A stretch of 64,000 nt of DNA from an uncultured Clostridia bacterium (GCA_947367115.1 CANBCW010000001.1:12296-76295), one strand, 5' to 3'. Positions 22,860 through 33,164 are shown, counted from the first letter of the stretch. Numbers and translations: made by a program. Notes: a model not told the origin generated them from the sequence alone.

Positions 22860-23015
22860 CATGCTTTCAGCCGGTCAGAGGTCGCCCGCTCCCCTGATGT
22901 CAAACCGCAGGTCAAAGCCTGCGGGATAATCTTAACAAGCAACGAATCTGTACGGACAGATTCAGCTTGTCCGGGGTCTGCCACCCCTGATACCCCGCAA
23001 AAACACACCTGCCAT
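22860..23015. other. Putative oriT
   Basis: Non-coding gap just upstream of mobC-relaxase with inverted repeats CCGCAGG/CCTGCGG, ACAAGC..GAATCTGT/ACAGATTC..GCTTGT and GGGGT/ACCCC. Confidence 0.6.
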
Positions 23016-23037
23016 GAACCAGCAAAAGGAGAAACAA

Positions 23038-23361
23038 ATGTCAACACGCACTCGAAGATGTGAACTCCGTTTCAGCGAAAGTGAGTATGCACACCTTGCT
23101 GAAAAAGCAGCAGATGCAGGATTATCCGTCAGTGCTTTTATTCGGCATTCTATCAATCACTGCGAGGTTAGAGCCTGTCCGCCTTCCGACTATCGCCAAT
23201 TTATTCGTCAGCTTCGCCGGATCGGTTCCAATATCGATCAAATCTTGCGTATCGCATATACGAAAGCCCCTTTGCAAGTACCGGACTTGAAGAAGACGTT
23301 GGCAGACCTTTTGGAGCTTGAGGACCGGATTGAAAAAGTATACTTTGGAGATGATCTTTGA
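23038..23361 (+). CDS. mobC: MobC relaxosome accessory protein
   Basis: RHH pattern LRFSESEY..GLSVSAFIR; LRRIGSNIDQI. Confidence 0.85.
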   Translation: MSTRTRRCELRFSESEYAHLAEKAADAGLSVSAFIRHSINHCEVRACPPSDYRQFIRQLRRIGSNIDQILRIAYTKAPLQVPDLKKTLADLLELEDRIEKVYFGDDL

Positions 23362-24791
23362 TGGCGGTGACTTCCATTTGGCCCATATCCGGTCGAGTTG
23401 AAAATGTAATTGATTATGCCGCAAATCCTGAAAAGACCACTCTGACCAATCCCGAAGCATCTTCCGCTTTCCATGCAATCGACAATATACTTGAGTACAC
23501 GGCCAACGAAATAAAAACAGAGCAAGGTGTCTATGTGTCCGGTGTAAACTGTGTCCCCAGCAACGCCAAAACACACTTTATGAATACCAAGCGAAAATAC
23601 AAGAAACTGGGTGGGCGTACTTGTTATCACGGTTACCAGTCGTTTCGTTCCAGCGAGGTGGATGCAGACACCGCCCACAAAATCGGAGTTGCACTAGCAC
23701 AAGAGTTATGGGGAGATCGGTTCGAGGTTGTGGTTGCGACCCACCTCAACACCGGTCACTACCATAATCACTTTGTGGTAAACTCCGTTTCCTTTGTGGA
23801 TGGTCTGAAATTCTACAATCTCAAAAAGGACTACGCCCGGATGCGTGAAGTATCCGACCGACTGTGCAGAGAGCATCGCTTATCCGTCATTCAAGACCCT
23901 CTAGGCAAAGGTAAAAACTACGCTCAGTGGTCTGCGGAGCAAAACGGCAAACCCACTTATCAATCCATGACCAAAGCGGACATTGACCGAGCCATTAAAG
24001 CATCTACCACTATGCAAGGCTTCTACAGTGTCATGGAACAGATGGGCTACCAGTTCAAGCTGTACACAAAAAGCGGCGGGCTGCTGCGGCATCCCGTCGC
24101 CATTCCTCCCGGTGGCACCAGAGGTGTCCGTCTGGACCGCTTGGGGTATGAATACACACTAGACGGAATTGCAGACCGGATCTTACAGAATATGCGAAAG
24201 CAGGTTCCCTTCCCGGAAGCAGAGAAACGGAATCTCGGCAGATACCGTTGCCGGGGTTCTTTCCGCAAATATCCGAAAGCCACAGGCTTCCGTGCCTTGT
24301 ATCTGTATTACTGTTACAAACTGAAAATCATTATCAACCAGCCGACATCCGTAAAAAGGGTGTCGGCTGATTTGCGTGCCGATCTGATTAAGTTAGACCG
24401 ACTTATTGCCCAATCCCGTTTTCTGACTGCAAACCGAATTGATACGCAACAGGAACTGGAATCGGCCAAACAGAAAATCCAGCTTCAAATCCAACAACTT
24501 ACGCAGCAGCGCATTGAGCTGAGAAATGCGTTAAAACAGGCAACCCGCCGCAATGACACAGAGCAGATAACTGCCCTGAAAACGCAGATCCACACATTGT
24601 CTGCTGCGATAAGAAATCACAAAAAGGAGGTGTCGATATGTGATGATGTGGCCCAGCGCTCCGGGGCTGTAAAGAAAAATCTGGAGCAGATCGTTCGTCA
24701 GCAGAATAAGCAAGGAAAGGAGAATATGGATTATGAACACAACAGGCGACGCAGCGGAACAGGTCGTTCGAATGTCCCTCAATGGCGTTGA
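23358..24791 (+). CDS. MOBP-type relaxase
   Basis: IDYAANPEKT, YHGYQSF, HLNTGHYHNHFVVN. Confidence 0.9.
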   Translation: MMAVTSIWPISGRVENVIDYAANPEKTTLTNPEASSAFHAIDNILEYTANEIKTEQGVYVSGVNCVPSNAKTHFMNTKRKYKKLGGRTCYHGYQSFRSSEVDADTAHKIGVALAQELWGDRFEVVVATHLNTGHYHNHFVVNSVSFVDGLKFYNLKKDYARMREVSDRLCREHRLSVIQDPLGKGKNYAQWSAEQNGKPTYQSMTKADIDRAIKASTTMQGFYSVMEQMGYQFKLYTKSGGLLRHPVAIPPGGTRGVRLDRLGYEYTLDGIADRILQNMRKQVPFPEAEKRNLGRYRCRGSFRKYPKATGFRALYLYYCYKLKIIINQPTSVKRVSADLRADLIKLDRLIAQSRFLTANRIDTQQELESAKQKIQLQIQQLTQQRIELRNALKQATRRNDTEQITALKTQIHTLSAAIRNHKKEVSICDDVAQRSGAVKKNLEQIVRQQNKQGKENMDYEHNRRRSGTGRSNVPQWR

Positions 24792-25503
24792 GGTTGCCGC
24801 TAAAATCACCGGTGCCGGTGCAAAAGAACTGGCAGCTTTGATTTATGCCATTATGCGAGATCAGAAAAGAACCAAAGGAAAGGCTCGGTTGTCCACTCTG
24901 CTTCGCAGCGACAAGCCCCTGAAGGTATTTGCCGTCAAGGACAACGAACTGGAAACCTTCTGCCGGGAAGCAAAAAAATACGGTGTTCTCTACTGTGTTC
25001 TGAAGGACAAGAACGCCAAAGATGGTCTGACCGATATTATGGTCAAGGCTGAGGATGCTTCCAAAATCAACCGCATCTTTGAGCGTTTCAATCTGGCCAC
25101 CGTGGATATTGGTCAGGTTCGGCGTGAGATTGAACAGCAACGGCAGCAGACTGCTGGTGAAACCATTCCCGCTCCCGAAAATGTTCTTACCGAAGAACAT
25201 GAGGATGCATTCATCGATCAGCTTATGTCTAAGCCCCTCAGCGGTCAGGAGCAGCAAACCGCAAACCCTACGGAAGGCCGGGTTGCGAAATCCCGTCAGT
25301 CCGCGCCTACCTCCGCAACGAGAGGCGGTATCGCCAGGGGTGATGCCGAACCTCGCCCTTCTGTTCGTCAGGAACTGAAGAAGATCCGGGAGGAGCAGGC
25401 ACAGACGGCGAAAAAGCCTCCGAAGAACAAATCCCCTCGCACAACCCAGCATACGCAAAATCATCAGCGCCGGAAACGGCCCAAGAAAACGAAGGAGCGA
25501 TAA
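24733..25503 (+). CDS. pcfB: PcfB-family protein
   Basis: GDAAEQVVRMSL, AKKYGVLY, AEDASKINRIFERF. Confidence 0.75.
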   Translation: MNTTGDAAEQVVRMSLNGVEVAAKITGAGAKELAALIYAIMRDQKRTKGKARLSTLLRSDKPLKVFAVKDNELETFCREAKKYGVLYCVLKDKNAKDGLTDIMVKAEDASKINRIFERFNLATVDIGQVRREIEQQRQQTAGETIPAPENVLTEEHEDAFIDQLMSKPLSGQEQQTANPTEGRVAKSRQSAPTSATRGGIARGDAEPRPSVRQELKKIREEQAQTAKKPPKNKSPRTTQHTQNHQRRKRPKKTKER

Positions 25504-25506
25504 CCA

Positions 25507-26394
25507 ATGGAAAACTATGACTCTATTTTTACGGAACAGGAAAAGCCTGATGCCAAATCCTTTGACCCTTTCAACAAGGAAGCATGGGCACAGCGAAAGC
25601 AGGCTGACCGCCAGACTGCTTTTACGCTCATAGACGAAACCGCCCAGGATATTGCCCAGGACGGTGAAATGTTCCGAAGCTGTCTGGATGTGATGGCCCG
25701 TTTTGACCGTTACTCCGTGGGCAACATTCTGCTGCTTACCAATCAGAAACCTGAAGCTGTCAAGCTGGCGGACTTCGATACCTGGAAGAAAAGCAACTGC
25801 TTCATCAAGAAGGGAGAAAACGGCATTCTGCTGCTGGAACCCGGCGAAGAATTCCGGCGTGAGGACGGCAGTGTGGGTGTCAACTACAATGTCAAGCGAC
25901 TCTTTGACATTTCCCAGACCACTTCCCGTCAGCAGTCTGCTCCTCAGACCAACTACGATATGCGACTGCTTTTGAAATCCATGCTCCGCCATGCCCCCTG
26001 TCCCATCGTCATCAGCGAAAATGTCCCTGAGAATATCGGAGCCGTCTACGACGCTGCCGAGAAGAAGATACTGGTCCGTCAGGGTATGGACGGCCCTGAA
26101 ATCTTCCGCAGTCTTGGTCAGGAACTGGCTCACGCCCACTTCGATAAGGGCAATTACAATCGTGCCAATCACGCCTTCTCCGGGTACTGTGTAGCCTATA
26201 CGCTGTGCAAGCGTTACGGCGTGGATACCGCCAATTTCCATTTCCACACAATGCCTGCATCCTTCCAGTCCATGGACGCTAAGGCCATTCGAAGTGAGGT
26301 CAGCAAAATCCGTGATTGCACCAATCAGATTTCTATGGATATGTCCCGTGTGTTGAACAAGCGCCCCAAGGAGCGCACTGACAACGGCAGATAA
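25507..26394 (+). CDS. ArdC/LtrC-like ssDNA-binding protein
   Basis: RYSVGNILLL..Q.P, IKKGE.GI, degenerate QELAH motif. Confidence 0.65.
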   Translation: MENYDSIFTEQEKPDAKSFDPFNKEAWAQRKQADRQTAFTLIDETAQDIAQDGEMFRSCLDVMARFDRYSVGNILLLTNQKPEAVKLADFDTWKKSNCFIKKGENGILLLEPGEEFRREDGSVGVNYNVKRLFDISQTTSRQQSAPQTNYDMRLLLKSMLRHAPCPIVISENVPENIGAVYDAAEKKILVRQGMDGPEIFRSLGQELAHAHFDKGNYNRANHAFSGYCVAYTLCKRYGVDTANFHFHTMPASFQSMDAKAIRSEVSKIRDCTNQISMDMSRVLNKRPKERTDNGR

Positions 26395-26405
26395 GAGGTG
26401 TATCC

Positions 26406-26597
26406 ATGGCAGAAGAAAAGCGGATCGTAGAGCTGACCGGCTTTGAATATCGGTTGATGATCAACAGTCTGTCCGATTTCCGCAATGACCTGATCCGGGA
26501 TCAAAAACCCACCGAGGATGTCAATGATCTTTTACTGAAAGTCATTGACGCACCAAAGAAAAAACGGTTCGGTAGGAGTGGATACGATGCAAGATAA
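26406..26597 (+). CDS. Small ICE protein
   Basis: RBS GAGGTG; overlaps the virD4 start. Confidence 0.65.
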   Translation: MAEEKRIVELTGFEYRLMINSLSDFRNDLIRDQKPTEDVNDLLLKVIDAPKKKRFGRSGYDAR

Positions 26598-28395
26598 ATT
26601 CTCCCCGAAGATGATCCTGCTGTATTTTCTCGGTACGGTTCCTGTTATCTGGTTGGGATTGCTGATTGCACCGTATCTTTCCGGTGGATTGCCGGAGCTG
26701 GTACGCAACTTATCCTATATCGCAAATCATCCATTCCATATCTCTTTCTGTGAGGACAGCCTTCGTGCTGTCCTCATTTTACTGCTGGTGTATGGATTGG
26801 CTATCGGGATTTATCTTTCCTCCGAACGAAACTATCGCAGGCGGCAAGAGCATGGTTCCGCAAAATGGGGTACAGCCTCTTCCGTCAACAGAAAGTATGC
26901 AGACAAGGTATGGGACCGCAACAAGGTCCTGACCCAGAATGTGTCCATCGGTCTGGATGGACGGAAGCACCGCCGAAATCTAAACATCCTCTGCTGCGGC
27001 GGTAGTGGTGCCGGTAAAACCCGGTTCTTCGCCAAAATCAATCTGATGAATGCCGCCTGCAGCTATGTGGTTCTGGATCCTAAATCAGAAATGCTTCGGG
27101 ATTGCGGTAATCTCTTAAAACAGCAAGGCTATGAAATCAAGGTGCTGGACCTAATCAACATGGACAAAAGCCATTGCTACAATCCTTTCGTCTATTTGAA
27201 GTCCGACAATGACATCCAGCGGCTTGTAACCAACCTGTTTAAGAATACTACCCCTAAAGGCAGTCAATCTCAGGACCCTTTCTGGGATCAAGCCGCATCC
27301 ATGCTACTCTTGGCACTGGTGTTCTATCTGCACTACGAAGCCCCAGAAGAAGAACAGAATTTCCCTATGGTCATGGAAATGATCCGAGCCGGTGAGGTTC
27401 GGGAGGATATGGAAGATTACCTTTCCCCTCTGGACGAGCTGTTTAATCGTCTGGAAATGCGTAACCCCGACCATATCGCACTGAAGTATTACCGCAACTA
27501 TCGGTCCGGCAGTGCCAAAACATTGAAGTCCATTCAGATCACATTGGTGGCAAGATTGGAGAAATTCAATCTAGAATCTCTGGCCGGTATCACCCAGACG
27601 GATGAAATGGACCTGTATCTCATAGGCGAAAAGAAAACCGTAATCTTCGCCTGTATACCGGACAATGACAGTTCCTTTAACTTCATCGTCGGTATGCTGT
27701 ACACCCAGCTATTCCAACAGCTTTACTATCAGGCAGACCAAATCCACGGCGGCAGGCTACCCGTCCATGTACATTTCATCATGGACGAATTTGCAAATGT
27801 GGCATTGCCTGATGACTTTGATAAGCTGTTGGCTACCATGCGAAGCCGGGAAATCTCCGTGTCCATCATCATTCAGAACATGGCACAGCTGAAAGCCCTG
27901 TTTGAAAAACAATGGGAATCCATCGTAGGTAACTGCGATACCTTCCTCTATCTGGGTGGCAACGAGCAATCCAGTCACAAATATGTGTCCGAGCTGCTTG
28001 GCAAGGAAACTATCGACACCAACACCTACGGCAGATCTCATGGGCGAGGTGGAAGCTACACCAAAAATTATCAATTGTCCGGTCGTGAGCTGATGACTCC
28101 GGACGAGGTGCGTATGTTGGATAACCGCTATGCTCTGCTGTTCATTCGTGGTGAGTTCCCGGTTAAGGACTTGAAGTACGACATTATGAAGCATCCCTAT
28201 GTACGCTTCACCGCAGACGGTTCAGGCGAGCCCTACGCCCATGGTTTGGATACCCGCAGTATTGCCACCCTGACTCTGCTCCCCGGAGATCTGGAGTTGG
28301 TCCCCGACACCCCTGTTGAGGACTTCAACTATGTGCTTTTCAGCGAAGAAGAGCTGGAAGAATACTTTAATCAAAATGGAGGTAAACAAAAGTGA
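26587..28395 (+). CDS. virD4: VirD4/TraG coupling protein
   Basis: N-terminal TMs, HGSAKWG, GGSGAGKT, MDEFAN, RELMTPDEVR. Confidence 0.93.
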   Translation: MQDKFSPKMILLYFLGTVPVIWLGLLIAPYLSGGLPELVRNLSYIANHPFHISFCEDSLRAVLILLLVYGLAIGIYLSSERNYRRRQEHGSAKWGTASSVNRKYADKVWDRNKVLTQNVSIGLDGRKHRRNLNILCCGGSGAGKTRFFAKINLMNAACSYVVLDPKSEMLRDCGNLLKQQGYEIKVLDLINMDKSHCYNPFVYLKSDNDIQRLVTNLFKNTTPKGSQSQDPFWDQAASMLLLALVFYLHYEAPEEEQNFPMVMEMIRAGEVREDMEDYLSPLDELFNRLEMRNPDHIALKYYRNYRSGSAKTLKSIQITLVARLEKFNLESLAGITQTDEMDLYLIGEKKTVIFACIPDNDSSFNFIVGMLYTQLFQQLYYQADQIHGGRLPVHVHFIMDEFANVALPDDFDKLLATMRSREISVSIIIQNMAQLKALFEKQWESIVGNCDTFLYLGGNEQSSHKYVSELLGKETIDTNTYGRSHGRGGSYTKNYQLSGRELMTPDEVRMLDNRYALLFIRGEFPVKDLKYDIMKHPYVRFTADGSGEPYAHGLDTRSIATLTLLPGDLELVPDTPVEDFNYVLFSEEELEEYFNQNGGKQK

Positions 28396-28772
28396 AACAC
28401 ACTGATAGAATCGAAAACACTCGTCAGCGGGTCATGCGTGGCTTCCGCCGCTACTGTGCCGTTATCGTCGTTCTCACCCTGATGATGAGCATGGCGGTGC
28501 CGGTCTTTGCGGCCAGCGATCCCCTGACTGCCATCAACAATCTGTCTACATTCATCTTCGGCATTATCCGTGCCATTGGCCTGATTCTGGTGGGCTGGGG
28601 TATCGTGCAGGTAGGTCTGTCCTTCCAGTCCCACGACCCCTCTCAGCGTTCCAACGGTTTCTTGACTTTGGCTGGTGGTATCGTCATCACCTTTGCCAAG
28701 GAAATCCTGGATTTGATCGTCGGCACTGGCGGTGCCAGCGGCGGTATCGGCGGCGGTGTCGTACCTCTGTAA
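28392..28772 (+). CDS. VirB2/TrbC-like (Maff2) pilin
   Basis: Signal peptide VFAA, two hydrophobic helices, position after virD4. Confidence 0.65.
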   Translation: MKHTDRIENTRQRVMRGFRRYCAVIVVLTLMMSMAVPVFAASDPLTAINNLSTFIFGIIRAIGLILVGWGIVQVGLSFQSHDPSQRSNGFLTLAGGIVITFAKEILDLIVGTGGASGGIGGGVVPL

Positions 28773-28825
28773 TCCCGGTGTGCCTCTCGCAAGAGGGGCA
28801 CACACTCTAAAAAGGAGGTATCGCT

Positions 28826-29662
28826 GTGTCAGATAACTGGGTAGTTCAAAACCTTGAAAACGCACTGTCCACATGGAACGATAAGCTATCTGAAATCTGG
28901 CAGTTGCTGACGCAAAACATCGTTGACTTCAAAGGCGGTGGGATATGGACCATCATTCTCAATATCCACAGCACCGTACAGGCCATCGGCTTAGCACTGG
29001 TGGTTTTGTTTTTCCTGATGGGCATTATCAAAACCTGCGGCAGTTTATCAGAGTTCAAGCGTCCGGAAGTGGTTGTCAAAGCACTGCTTCGCTTTTGCAT
29101 TGCCAAGGCGTTGGTCACCCACGGGTTGGAATTGATGATGACTCTGTTGGGGATCATTCAGGGCATCATCACAAAAATCATGTCCTCTGGCGGTTTCGCT
29201 GCTCCGCCCCCCACCACGCTCCCATCTTCCATCGTTTCAGCCATTGAGAACTGCGACTTCTGGTCATCCATACCGCTATGGGCTGTCACCCTGATTGGTG
29301 GCTTGTTTATCTGGGTATTGTCCTTTGTGATGATTCTGACGGTTTACGGACGCTTCTTTAAGCTGTATATGTACACCGCCATTTCTCCCATTTCCCTAGC
29401 GGCCTTTGCCGGAGAACCCACACAGAGCATTGGCGTGAGCTTTATCAAGAGTTATGCCGCTGTTTGTTTGGAGGGTGCCATTATCGTGCTGGCGTGTATC
29501 ATTTTCTCCGTATTTGCCGCTACGCCACCTGCGATAAACACCTCTGCCGCCGCAGTCACAATGGTCTGGACCTACATTGGAGAACTGATATTCAATATGC
29601 TTGTGCTGACCGGCACCATCAAAATGTCCGACCGGGTTGTCCGTGAAATGATGGGTGTGTAA
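28826..29662 (+). CDS. VirB6-like polytopic membrane protein
   Basis: Multiple TMs, YGRFFKLYMY motif. Confidence 0.75.
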   Translation: MSDNWVVQNLENALSTWNDKLSEIWQLLTQNIVDFKGGGIWTIILNIHSTVQAIGLALVVLFFLMGIIKTCGSLSEFKRPEVVVKALLRFCIAKALVTHGLELMMTLLGIIQGIITKIMSSGGFAAPPPTTLPSSIVSAIENCDFWSSIPLWAVTLIGGLFIWVLSFVMILTVYGRFFKLYMYTAISPISLAAFAGEPTQSIGVSFIKSYAAVCLEGAIIVLACIIFSVFAATPPAINTSAAAVTMVWTYIGELIFNMLVLTGTIKMSDRVVREMMGV

Positions 29663-29676
29663 TCTAGGAGGAACTC

Positions 29677-30042
29677 ATGGAAGTAAAAATCAATCGTGAA
29701 ATTCGGAACTACACCGAATCTTTTTTTTTCGGACTGTCCCTGCGGCAGTCCATTTTCTCTTTGCTGGCAATCATCATGGCTGTGATACTGGGCTTTACCT
29801 TCCGTGGGAAGGTAAACACCGAGGTTCTTTCGTGGATCTGTGTCTTTGGTGCAGTCCCCTTTGGACTGCTGGGCTTTGTCACATACCATGGAATGCCCGC
29901 AGAGCAATTTGCGTGGGCGTGGCTCCGATCTGAAATTCTGGAACCACGTCACTACTACAACGAACCTCGAAACACATATTACGAGGTTTTGAAAGCCACC
30001 ATTGAAGCCAAAGAAAAGGAGGAATTTGAACGGCATGATTAA
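29677..30042 (+). CDS. prgI: PrgI (VirB3-like)
   Basis: MEVKINREIRNYTESFFFGLSLRQ. Confidence 0.85.
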   Translation: MEVKINREIRNYTESFFFGLSLRQSIFSLLAIIMAVILGFTFRGKVNTEVLSWICVFGAVPFGLLGFVTYHGMPAEQFAWAWLRSEILEPRHYYNEPRNTYYEVLKATIEAKEKEEFERHD

Positions 30043-32377
30043 ATCGGTCCGTAAACATCTGGTGATGGAACGGGAGGCGTACCGCATTCCTCGCCGTGTG
30101 CGGGATCTGATTCCCATTCACTGTCTGTGGAAAGATGGCATTTTCCGTACCGGCAAAAAGTATTCCAAAACATACTGCTTCACAGACATCAACTACCAAG
30201 TCGCCTCTCTGGAGGATAAAAAGCAGATGTTCTTCGGCTATTCTGCGATCCTCAACAGCATGGACAGCGGAGCCACCTATAAGATCACCCAAAGCAAGCG
30301 TCATATGACCAGATATGACATTGAGGATGGTGTTCTGATGGGCATGAAGCCCGATGCTCTGAACGGCTTTCGGGAGGAATACAATCAGTTCATTCTGGAC
30401 CGCTCCCTGGGCAGTAACGGCAGTTATCAAGAGAAGTACCTGACTGTATCCGTAGCCAAGCGAAATATTCAGGATGCCCGAAACTACTTTGCTCGAATCG
30501 GTCCCGAACTGGCTGCCCGGTTCGCAGAGCTTGGTTCCCACTTCCGGGAGCTGGACTCTATGGAACGGTTGCAGTTTCTGCATGACTTCTATCGTCCGGA
30601 GGACAGCGAGCATTTCCACTTCAACATTGACCATTCCATGCGGATGGGCCATGATTTCCGGGACTACATCTGCCCCGATTCCATGGAAAAGCACAAGGAT
30701 TATCTGATGATTGGCAACAGATATGCCAGAACCTTCTACCTGAAGGATCTGGCATCTTTTATCCGGGACGATATTCTGGACGAGTTCACCAGTCTGAGCT
30801 GTGACCTGATGCTTTCCATTGATGTGTTGCCCATCCAGACGGATGAAGCGGTGCGAGAGGTTGAAAACCGGTTGCTGGGTGTGGAAAAGAACATGACCGA
30901 CTGGCAGCGTCGGCAGAACCGAAACAACAACTTCTCTGCCATGCCCCCCTACGATATGGAGTTGCAGCGGAAAGAAGCCAAGGAAGTTCTGGACGATCTG
31001 ACCACCCGCGACCAGCGGCTGATGTTCGCCGTGATTACCATGGTGATTACAGCAGACACCAAAGAGCAACTGGATACGCTGACAGAAAGTCTGCGTAGCA
31101 TTGCCCAAAACCGGATGTGTCAAATGGTTCCGCTGACATTCCAGCAGTTGGACGGCTTGGCTACGGTATTGCCCATCGGCCCCAGAAAGATCAACGCCTT
31201 CCGCACCCTGACCACCGAATCTCTTGCAGTGTTTATACCCTTCAAGGTGCAGGAAATCCAGGAAAAGGGCGGTATGTACTTTGGCGAAAACACCATTTCC
31301 CATAACCTGATCCTTTGCAACAAGCAGAACCTTCAGAACCAGGCGACCTTGATTTTGGGCGTTCCCGGTTCCGGCAAATCCTTCCTCACCAAAGAACAGA
31401 TCTTCATGCTCATCGCCAATACGGATGATGACATCATGATCTGCGACCCCGAAGGCGAGTACGCCCCGCTGGTGGAAGCCATGGGCGACCTTGGCACCGT
31501 ACTGCGTATCCGGGCAGGCGGCAAGGATCGCTTAAACGCCATGTACATGGTTGATGGCTACGGCGACAGTAATCCGGTGGTCATCAAGTCGGAGTTCATC
31601 ATGTCCCTGATCGAGCAGATCGACAAAGAGGGTGTCGGCCCTCAGCACAAGTCCATCATTGACCGATGTGTTTCTGCCCTTTACCGGGAGGCACGGGAGT
31701 TCAATTACACGCCCACCTTGTCAGCTTTACGAATGAAGCTGATGGAACAGCCGGAGCAACAGGCTAAGGATATTGCACTGGCTCTGGAACTGTACACCAC
31801 CGGTTCTTTGGACATTTTCGGACATGACAGCAATGTGAACCTGGACAAGCGAGTAACCGTATTTGACATTCACGGTCTTGGTCCTCAGCTGAAATCTGCC
31901 GGACTTTTGGTCATCACCGACACCATGCTCAACCGTGTCACTCTGAACTGGAAGCGTGGAAAACGCACCCATGTGTTCATTGACGAGTTCCATGTAGTCT
32001 TTGAAAATGAGTTTTCCGCTGCGTTCTTCTCCTCCGCATGGCGACAGTTCCGTAAGAGAAACGCCTATCCCACGGCCATCACTCAGAATGTGGAGTACCT
32101 TCTGGATTCCGTCGAAGCAAGCACTCTGGTGTCCAACTCCGAGCTTGTGGTCATGCTGAATCAGGCGGCATCGGACAGAGAAAAGCTGGGTAGCCTCCTG
32201 AATATCTCCACGGAGCAGATGAGCTACATCACCAATGCAGATGCAGGCTGTGGCCTGATTAAATACGGCTCCTCTCTGGTGCCCTTCACCAATCGTTTCC
32301 CCAGAGATACCAAGCTGTATGAGCTGATGACCACCACCCCTGGCGAGGGTGTCTTCGCCAAAGGGCGGACATCCTAG
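30035..32377 (+). CDS. virB4: VirB4/TraE conjugation ATPase
   Basis: GVPGSGKS, DPEGEY, FIDEFH, ITQNV. Confidence 0.93.
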   Translation: MIKSVRKHLVMEREAYRIPRRVRDLIPIHCLWKDGIFRTGKKYSKTYCFTDINYQVASLEDKKQMFFGYSAILNSMDSGATYKITQSKRHMTRYDIEDGVLMGMKPDALNGFREEYNQFILDRSLGSNGSYQEKYLTVSVAKRNIQDARNYFARIGPELAARFAELGSHFRELDSMERLQFLHDFYRPEDSEHFHFNIDHSMRMGHDFRDYICPDSMEKHKDYLMIGNRYARTFYLKDLASFIRDDILDEFTSLSCDLMLSIDVLPIQTDEAVREVENRLLGVEKNMTDWQRRQNRNNNFSAMPPYDMELQRKEAKEVLDDLTTRDQRLMFAVITMVITADTKEQLDTLTESLRSIAQNRMCQMVPLTFQQLDGLATVLPIGPRKINAFRTLTTESLAVFIPFKVQEIQEKGGMYFGENTISHNLILCNKQNLQNQATLILGVPGSGKSFLTKEQIFMLIANTDDDIMICDPEGEYAPLVEAMGDLGTVLRIRAGGKDRLNAMYMVDGYGDSNPVVIKSEFIMSLIEQIDKEGVGPQHKSIIDRCVSALYREAREFNYTPTLSALRMKLMEQPEQQAKDIALALELYTTGSLDIFGHDSNVNLDKRVTVFDIHGLGPQLKSAGLLVITDTMLNRVTLNWKRGKRTHVFIDEFHVVFENEFSAAFFSSAWRQFRKRNAYPTAITQNVEYLLDSVEASTLVSNSELVVMLNQAASDREKLGSLLNISTEQMSYITNADAGCGLIKYGSSLVPFTNRFPRDTKLYELMTTTPGEGVFAKGRTS

Positions 32378-32399
32378 ACCCATGTAACGGAGCATCCTT

Positions 32400-33164
32400 A
32401 TGCCTGAAATCAAAACCAAAGAATTTATCAACGCAAAGGAAGCCTTTGACACGGTTTCCGATTTGGGTGATCGGATGCGCCGTGGACTTGCGAAATCCAC
32501 TGACCGAGCAAGAACCCTGACCGAAGATGGTCAGGGTTCTTCAACAGAGTATGCCTCTAATCAGTTTCAGAACACTGCAGAGGACATAGGATATGAAGCC
32601 GGTCACATCGTGGTGGATACCGCCAAGGACACCGGCAAGACTATTCGGGGAACCACAGAAAAATTTATAGAACGCCGAAGGTCCGAACCCCCAAAAGTCC
32701 ACAGAAAACCACCTGAAACACAGAGGGTCACAAAGGTTTTCAAAAAATCCGAAACAACCGCCAAGCAAACAACGCAAACCACAAGCCGCACTGCACAACG
32801 GGCTGTAAAGGACAGTCAGAGAGCGGTTAAGGTTTCTCAGGAGGCCACTAGACTGTCCGTTAAGACTGCCCAAGAAACCGCACGGGCCGCAGAGCGTTCC
32901 GCACGGATTGCTGCAGAAACCGCCAGAAAAACCGCTGAAGCCGCAAAGGCGGCAGTGAAGGCTGCTGCAGAAGCTGCAAAAGCTGCAGCCAAAGCAGTGG
33001 TTGCCGCAGGAAAAGCCATTGCTGCCGCCGTTGAGGAGCTTGTTGCCGCAATCGCCTCCGGTGGTTGGATTGCTCTGGTAGTCATAGCAGTAATTATCAT
33101 TATTATCGTGATAATCATAGCAGTTGTTGGCTATCTGGACCCTTCCGTTACCACCCCACAATAA
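32400..33164 (+). CDS. Ala/Lys-rich membrane protein resembling the N-terminus of ICE cell-wall hydrolases, with no catalytic domain
   Basis: MPEIKTK start, AAKA repeats and GGWIALVV TM, then stop. Confidence 0.55.
   Translation: MPEIKTKEFINAKEAFDTVSDLGDRMRRGLAKSTDRARTLTEDGQGSSTEYASNQFQNTAEDIGYEAGHIVVDTAKDTGKTIRGTTEKFIERRRSEPPKVHRKPPETQRVTKVFKKSETTAKQTTQTTSRTAQRAVKDSQRAVKVSQEATRLSVKTAQETARAAERSARIAAETARKTAEAAKAAVKAAAEAAKAAAKAVVAAGKAIAAAVEELVAAIASGGWIALVVIAVIIIIIVIIIAVVGYLDPSVTTPQ

Noticed and set aside
24499..26247. 582-aa minus-strand ORF (similar cases at 1707-3002, 29879-31303, 44230-45468, 57993-59684)
   Set aside because: Shadows opposite well-supported genes.
28778..28805. GCAA-loop hairpin after the VirB2-like gene as a terminator
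   Set aside because: No T-run; more likely an ordinary mRNA-stabilising stem.
32760..33060. GCTGCA/AAKA repetitive tract
   Set aside because: Low-complexity Ala/Lys coding sequence, not a DNA repeat element.
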